From positions 3,408 through 67,407 of the forward strand of contig DBXT01000057.1 in assembly GCA_002309615.1 (NCBI GenBank): a DNA stretch of 64,000 nucleotides, given 5' to 3'. This document shows, in pieces, positions 58,347-64,000 of the stretch. The position numbers were made by a program, and so were the translations under genes. The notes beneath the pieces are model-generated. The model was not told where the DNA came from. It did not search any database and worked only from the letters and a program-made list of their open reading frames with translations. Each line of letters opens with the position of its first letter. Within the stretch, counting starts at the first letter, position 1. The stretch comes from Bacteroidales bacterium UBA1205. Its GTDB lineage: Bacteria; Bacteroidota; Bacteroidia; Bacteroidales; WCHB1-69.

Positions 58347-59247
58347 TCCTTTAATTTGTATTGTAGGTCCTACCGCTTGCGGGAAAACACATCTGGCGGT
58401 GCATTTGGCCTATTTGCTCAATGCCGAAATCATCAGTGCCGATTCCCGCCAAGTGTATAAGCATATGGATATCGGTACCGGCAAAGATTTGAACGAATAT
58501 ATTGTTAACGGCACTGCCGTTGCCTATCATTTGATAGACATAGTAGAAGCCGGATATCAATATAATGTGTTTGAATACCAAAGAGATTTTTACAAGGCAT
58601 ACAAAAAAATCAGTGCGAACAATCATTTGGCCATCTGTTGCGGAGGAAGCGGAATGTATGTGGAGGCGATATTAAAAGCATACCGCTTGGAAAAAGTACC
58701 TGTTGATAATGAATTTAGAAAACAATGCATACACAAAAGCGATGAAGAATTGGCTGAAGAGCTTGCTCAATACAGAGCATTGCACAATGTGAGCGACACT
58801 TCAGACAGGAACAGACTGATAAGGGCTTTGGAAATAGAAACTTACTATTCATCACATTCGGATGCAAGCGAACATATCACTTACGATTATAAAATATTTT
58901 ACGTAGACATAGAGCGGGAGCGTTTGCGTGCCAACATAGCAAAACGTTTGGAAGAAAGACTGCAAAATGGAATGGTAGACGAAGTAGACAGACTTTTGTC
59001 TCAAGGGATAAGTGCGGAGAATTTAAAATATTACGGTTTGGAGTATAAATATATTACCCTGTATTTAAACCATGAATTGTCATACACGGCCATGAAAAAT
59101 CAATTGTGCATAGCCATAGGTCAGTTTGCCAAGCGGCAGCAAACATGGTTTAATCGTATGCGAAGGTCGGGTTTTGAAATGGTGATGGTGCCTTATGAGC
59201 TTACTTTACAGGAAAAAATTAATCTTATCATATCGCATTTGCGGTAA
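58333..59247 (+). CDS. miaA: tRNA dimethylallyltransferase
   Basis: GPTACGKT, ISADSRQVY..MDIGTGK, GGSGMY and FAKRQQTW motifs. Confidence 0.93.
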   Translation: MQTNNPLICIVGPTACGKTHLAVHLAYLLNAEIISADSRQVYKHMDIGTGKDLNEYIVNGTAVAYHLIDIVEAGYQYNVFEYQRDFYKAYKKISANNHLAICCGGSGMYVEAILKAYRLEKVPVDNEFRKQCIHKSDEELAEELAQYRALHNVSDTSDRNRLIRALEIETYYSSHSDASEHITYDYKIFYVDIERERLRANIAKRLEERLQNGMVDEVDRLLSQGISAENLKYYGLEYKYITLYLNHELSYTAMKNQLCIAIGQFAKRQQTWFNRMRRSGFEMVMVPYELTLQEKINLIISHLR

Positions 59248-59331
59248 ACATAAATTTTGAAATTTTATTCCCGTCAAACGGGAACAATTTCAATAAATAT
59301 TGATATCTTTGCATTTTAATATATATTTCAA

Positions 59332-61944
59332 TTGGCACAAAAAGAAAAAAATACTCAAGATACTCCTTTGATGAAACAATATAATGCTTTCAAGGCGCAA
59401 TACCCTGATGCATTGTTATTGTTCAGAGTGGGGGATTTTTATGAAACTTTCGGGGAAGATGCCGTAAAAGCATCCAAAATATTAGGAATAGTGCTCACCA
59501 AGCGCAGCAACGGAGCCGCTGCAGATATGGATTTGGCGGGGTTCCCGCATCATGCTATTGACACCTATTTGCCCAAATTGGTGCGTGCAGGGTACAAAGT
59601 GGCTATTTGCGACCAATTGGAAGATCCTAAGTTAACCAAAACCTTGGTAAAACGGGGCGTTACCGAATTGGTAACACCGGGGGTATCGTATAATGATCAA
59701 ATATTAGACACCCGCCAAAATAATTTTCTGGCAGGCATACACATGCAAGCCAATGATGCCGGAGTAGCTCTTTTGGACGTGTCCACCGGTGAATTTTATG
59801 TGGCTCAAGGTAAATTTAATTATATAGAAAAACTTCTGCAAAGTTTTGCCCCCAACGAGGTGATAGTGGAAAAATCAAAATTGCCTTTGTTTAAAACCAC
59901 TTTCGGCGATAAATTCTTTTGCTCCACTTTTGAAGACTGGGTGTTTACCCCCGATTTTGCCTATGAACTGTTGCTGAAACATTTTCAGGTAAGTTCTTTT
60001 AAGGGTTTTGGCGTGGAAGAATTGCCGATGGGATTGATAGCAGCAGGAGCGTGTATGCATTACTTGTTTGAAACACAGCACGATAAAGTTTCGCATATTA
60101 CCAAATTATCTCGTTTGGAAGAAAACAAATACGTGTGGTTGGACAAATTCACCATACGAAATTTGGAATTGATGGATACGCCCAACGAAAAAGCAATCAC
60201 CTTGTTAGACGTGATAGATCATACCATATCGCCTATGGGGGCGCGTATGCTGAAAAAATGGATGCTTTTGCCGCTTAAAGATAAAACGGCAATAGAACGC
60301 CGCTTGCATATAGTGCAATTTTTGATAGACAATGCTTCCTTTTCATCCCGGCTCAACACCTACATTTCACAAGTGGGCGATTTGGAGCGTTTGATATCCA
60401 AGGTGTCGGTCTCCAGAGCCAATCCCAAAGAGCTGTTGCAGGTAAAGCGTGCTTTGTATGCAATAGAGGAAATAAAACATTTAACAGACAGCATTGAGGA
60501 TACCCATTTGCAAAGCATAGGAGAACAGCTCAATACGGCTGTAGCCTTACGCAATCGCATAGAAGACACCATTGCCGATGACGCTCCTATGAATCTGTTG
60601 AAAGGCGGAGTAATTAAAAACGGGGTGGATGCCCAATTGGATGAATTGCGATATATAGCCACCAGCGGGAAAGATTATTTGCTTGATATGCAACGGCAGG
60701 AAACGGAGCGAACCGGCATATCATCACTCAAAGTAGGGTATAACAATGTGTTCGGTTATTATCTGGAAGTAACCAATGCCCATAAAGACAAGGTTCCCCC
60801 TGAATGGATACGCAAACAAACCCTTACCAATGCCGAACGCTATATCACGGAGGAACTTAAAGAATATGAAAACAAAATACTGGGTGCCGAAGAAAAAATA
60901 CTGTCCATAGAGCAGCGTATTTACAATGAATTGTTGGTGTTGGCATTGGATTACATACAACCTATACAAACCGATGCCCAATTGATAGCCCAGTTGGATG
61001 TGTTGCTCAATTTTGCCGGTTTGGCACAAAGCAATCACTATGTATGTCCTTCCATTAATGAAAGTTATGCTATTAATATAGTCAACGGAAGACATCCTGT
61101 GATAGAAGTGCAATTACCTGTAGGAGAAAAATATATAGCCAACGATGTGTATTTGGACAATGAAAAGCAACAAATATTGATTATCACCGGTCCTAACATG
61201 TCGGGTAAATCCGCTTTGTTAAGGCAGACAGCTTTAATAGTGCTATTGGCACAAATAGGCTCCTTTGTTCCCGCCGACAAAGCGGAGATAGGAATAGTGG
61301 ACAGAATTTTTACCCGCGTGGGCGCTTCGGATAATATCTCTTCAGGGGAATCCACTTTTATGGTGGAGATGAATGAAACGGCCAATATTTTAAATAATAT
61401 TTCCAATAGAAGTCTGGTATTGCTGGATGAAATAGGACGAGGTACCAGCACCTACGACGGGGTGTCTATAGCATGGGCAATAACCGAATATCTGCACGAG
61501 CATAAACTGTTCCGACCCAAAGTGCTGTTCGCCACCCATTATCATGAACTCAACCAAATGGCGGATACATTCAAACGTATTAAAAATTATCATGTCACGG
61601 TAAAAGAAATCAACAACAAAGTGTTGTTTTTAAGAAAATTGGTTCACGGAGGCACAGAACACAGCTTTGGTATTCATGTGGCACGTATGGCCGGTATGCC
61701 GGCTTCTGTGCTCAAAAGAGCCAACGAGATACTTAAAAATTTGGAAAACTCCGAACATGAAAATTTGAATAAAGTTCTTTCGAAAAGCAATACCAATGAT
61801 AATGCCTATCAATTGAGTTTCATTCAATTGGATGATCCTTTGCTTCACCAAATTAAAGAGGATATACTCAATACGGATATCGACACCCTCACACCTGTTG
61901 AGGCACTCATGAAACTCAATGAGATAAAAAAATTGCTGAAATAG
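59332..61944 (+). CDS. mutS: DNA mismatch repair protein MutS
   Basis: [39 protein letters not shown] and ATHYHEL motifs; TTG start; -7 element at 59304-59311. Confidence 0.97.
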   Translation: MAQKEKNTQDTPLMKQYNAFKAQYPDALLLFRVGDFYETFGEDAVKASKILGIVLTKRSNGAAADMDLAGFPHHAIDTYLPKLVRAGYKVAICDQLEDPKLTKTLVKRGVTELVTPGVSYNDQILDTRQNNFLAGIHMQANDAGVALLDVSTGEFYVAQGKFNYIEKLLQSFAPNEVIVEKSKLPLFKTTFGDKFFCSTFEDWVFTPDFAYELLLKHFQVSSFKGFGVEELPMGLIAAGACMHYLFETQHDKVSHITKLSRLEENKYVWLDKFTIRNLELMDTPNEKAITLLDVIDHTISPMGARMLKKWMLLPLKDKTAIERRLHIVQFLIDNASFSSRLNTYISQVGDLERLISKVSVSRANPKELLQVKRALYAIEEIKHLTDSIEDTHLQSIGEQLNTAVALRNRIEDTIADDAPMNLLKGGVIKNGVDAQLDELRYIATSGKDYLLDMQRQETERTGISSLKVGYNNVFGYYLEVTNAHKDKVPPEWIRKQTLTNAERYITEELKEYENKILGAEEKILSIEQRIYNELLVLALDYIQPIQTDAQLIAQLDVLLNFAGLAQSNHYVCPSINESYAINIVNGRHPVIEVQLPVGEKYIANDVYLDNEKQQILIITGPNMSGKSALLRQTALIVLLAQIGSFVPADKAEIGIVDRIFTRVGASDNISSGESTFMVEMNETANILNNISNRSLVLLDEIGRGTSTYDGVSIAWAITEYLHEHKLFRPKVLFATHYHELNQMADTFKRIKNYHVTVKEINNKVLFLRKLVHGGTEHSFGIHVARMAGMPASVLKRANEILKNLENSEHENLNKVLSKSNTNDNAYQLSFIQLDDPLLHQIKEDILNTDIDTLTPVEALMKLNEIKKLLK

Positions 61945-61980
61945 ACGTTTTTTCCTCCTTTTTAAATATGGCGGTATTCT

Positions 61981-62008
61981 GCAGAGACATTTCATGAAAC
62001 GTCTCAAC
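61981..62008. repeat. Degenerate GTAG-type REP-like palindrome
   Basis: GCAGAGACATTTCATGAAACGTCTCAAC is an imperfect palindrome of the GTAGAGACG...CGTCTCTAC type. Confidence 0.5.
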
Positions 62009-62408
62009 AACCGGTTGGAATGAGTATATTCCGAGGAATATTTCCATGAATAGAACGGATGCCTGTATTCACATAAGTCCTTCGCCCTGCGGGCACCTGC
62101 CTAAAGGAAGGAACGGCATAGTCCTTTGTTTTTTAATGTTTTACGTTATTTTTAACATAGAAAACGATATAAAATACAATAACTGCCTGTAAATCACGAA
62201 GTCCCCCTTTCAAGGGGGATGCTATTTCTTTTCCATTGTTTTCTAAGGCGATAGCCTTGTTTTCTGGGCGAGCGGAGCAAAGCTTGTTTTGTCTTGTCAT
62301 AGTTACTATAGGTAAAATGGTTCAGAATGGTTAAATCTTACTTAAACGTACTATATTTTTAAGCATATACAATTAATGACAAGCGTTTTCTTTAAAATCA
62401 AAAAAAAC

Positions 62409-62519
62409 TGTCAGAGGATGCTAATCGTTGCACGACAAGGGAAGCAAGTGAAATTTCCTTGCAAAGCAAGCTTTGCAGCTAAATTTTCCACTCACTTCCA
62501 TTTGCGCCATCCTCTGACA
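62409..62519. other. 111-bp long imperfect hairpin (MITE-like element or structured RNA)
   Basis: Perfect 12-bp terminal IR TGTCAGAGGATG/CATCCTCTGACA with nested GGAAG..AGTG/CACT..CTTCC, AAATTT/AAATTT and TGCAAAGC-AA-GCTTTGCA stems. Confidence 0.7.
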
Positions 62520-62616
62520 AGAAAACCGCTTCGCGAGAAAACAGCCACCTGCGGTGGCAGAAAAATAGGGTATAAAAAGAGCGTTGCCGATGAAATTCTT
62601 TTTTGATATAAGGGTG

Positions 62617-63822
62617 TTAATACAGTAAACCAAACATCCACAATGGAATACGATTTCCATGTCCGTATTCCGTACCGTCAATTGCCAAAAAACTATTGGG
62701 GGCATCTTTTATTTGTGAAAAGTTTTTATTGGAACCTCCCACTTCAAACAACCAAGTACCATCTACCAAAAAATCTCCTTTATTCGGTAATCTTAGTGTG
62801 TGTATGGCATTCAGTTGGTTGTTAAAAAAAGTTTCTCTAATGGTACCCATATCCGCTTTTGTGGAAAGGCAATTCATTAGATTTGGGTTGTTAAGATAAA
62901 TTTTATCGGGTTTGTACAAATGTTTTAATGATTTGGTCTCGGAACTTAGCAAAGCAATCAACCCTGCTCTATCGAGCAAGTGTAACATTTTCAACCCTTG
63001 CTCTCTTCCTATTTCCAATTGTGCGTACAATTCGTTCATTTTAGGGGTTTGAGGTACCCTTTCTGCCAAAATCATCAACATTTTTTTGATTTTCTGAATA
63101 GTGGAAAATTCTATGGGTTCAACCCCGGGCAAATCTATTTCCAGTACTTGACGGATAGTACTTTGTGTCCGTTGAGAAAAGCCGTCACCTTCTTCCGAGT
63201 AGTAAGGGTAATAGCCGCACTGCAAATATTTTTCAAATAAAGGTAATATTTTTACTTGAGGAATTATCTCCATAGCGATGGATAGATGATTTTTTAGCAA
63301 CGTTTTTAAGGATATGGTTGGAACCTGACATGCTTGTTCAAAGGATAGAAACTCCCGAAAAGACATGCCATATAAATCGTAAGTTCTTAACCTTCTAGAC
63401 AAATCTCCCTCTCGAGCGTCTAATTCCAACATAGCGGAGCCCGTATAGACAATATGTAAATCCCGATAGCTGTCATAAAGGTTTTTTAGCATAGTCTGCC
63501 AATGCGGGTAGCGGTGAATTTCATCGAAAAAAATATGTGTGCCTCCATGCGTATAGTGATATTCCACCATATCAAAAATAGAATGGGAAGAAAACCAAAG
63601 GTCATCAAGAGATACATATAGTACCTTTTCATAATTCGGAAAATGTTCTTTTATATGTTGTAAAACCAAGGTGGTTTTTCCGACACCTCTTGCTCCTTTA
63701 ATGCCAATCAGCCTGTTTCTCCAGTTAATTTGCGTAAAAAGATAGCGTTTAAAATCCGTGTTGACGGCATTAATTCTTCTTGTTGAACTATCATACAATG
63801 TTTTAATTTCAGAATATTCCAT
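62617..63822 (-). CDS. AAA_14 ATPase with DUF4143-type C-terminal region
   Basis: Walker A GARGVGKT, Walker B IFFDEIH, TGS, DLSRR, KIYL.N and DF....FEVG; -7 element TAATTTTG at 63847-63854 supports the start at MEYSE. Confidence 0.88.
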   Translation of the reverse strand: MEYSEIKTLYDSSTRRINAVNTDFKRYLFTQINWRNRLIGIKGARGVGKTTLVLQHIKEHFPNYEKVLYVSLDDLWFSSHSIFDMVEYHYTHGGTHIFFDEIHRYPHWQTMLKNLYDSYRDLHIVYTGSAMLELDAREGDLSRRLRTYDLYGMSFREFLSFEQACQVPTISLKTLLKNHLSIAMEIIPQVKILPLFEKYLQCGYYPYYSEEGDGFSQRTQSTIRQVLEIDLPGVEPIEFSTIQKIKKMLMILAERVPQTPKMNELYAQLEIGREQGLKMLHLLDRAGLIALLSSETKSLKHLYKPDKIYLNNPNLMNCLSTKADMGTIRETFFNNQLNAIHTLRLPNKGDFLVDGTWLFEVGGSNKNFSQIKDAPNSFLAIDGTEYGHGNRIPLWMFGLLY

Positions 63823-64000
63823 AATCTTTCTAATGAATTTTTTTTGCAAAATTACTAAAAAAACATTTACAAAAATCTTTTTTTGATAAAAAAAACATTT
63901 CTAAATGCTTTTTTTTCTTTTTAGAGAGTAAAATGAAATTCAACCAATACTTTAGTACTCTTGTATGGCGGTATGAATACTCCCTATTGGGACTATGTAC

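Noticed and set aside
62376-62705. Short ORFs of 76 and 94 aa over the long hairpin
   Set aside because: No protein-like features; better explained by the GC-richer palindromic element
61967-63974. 11-bp direct repeat TATGGCGGTAT flanking the AAA ATPase segment as a target-site duplication
   Set aside because: The same 11-mer also occurs inside the S41 protease gene (43491-43501), and 11-mer matches are expected by chance in 64 kb

Overview
AT-rich chromosomal window from a Bacteroidota bacterium, most likely Bacteroidales. The evidence is recurrent TAnnTTTG -7 promoter elements, Bacteroidales-type dcw gene order, DUF1573/DUF3127 genes and type IX secretion (T9SS) components. Most genes are housekeeping: ffh, folD, a PPi-type pfk, greA, hit, the mraZ-ftsZ dcw cluster, prs, maf, upp, an S41 protease, lpdA, fabD, pepE, class II nrdJ, miaA and mutS. 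The notable parts are: (1) a promoter-to-terminator three-gene unit of TonB-dependent-receptor-like protein, 1503-aa T9SS-type cargo with an atypical C-terminal domain, and PorV-like barrel (8642-18119), the best candidate for an undescribed system; (2) the murD slot of the dcw cluster holds only a 181-aa C-terminal MurD domain with altered D-Glu-binding motifs; (3) an adjacent steroid 5-alpha-reductase and flavin oxidoreductase pair resembling Bacteroidota allo-bile-acid clusters; (4) an orphan Rhs toxin/immunity islet bracketed by a 119-bp direct repeat; (5) two unexplained structured non-coding segments (about 19.68-19.83 kb and 62.41-62.56 kb) plus degenerate REP-like palindromes. I recognised no rRNA, tRNA, CRISPR array, integrase, transposase or reverse transcriptase. 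All family calls come from motif recognition by eye; no database searches were run.
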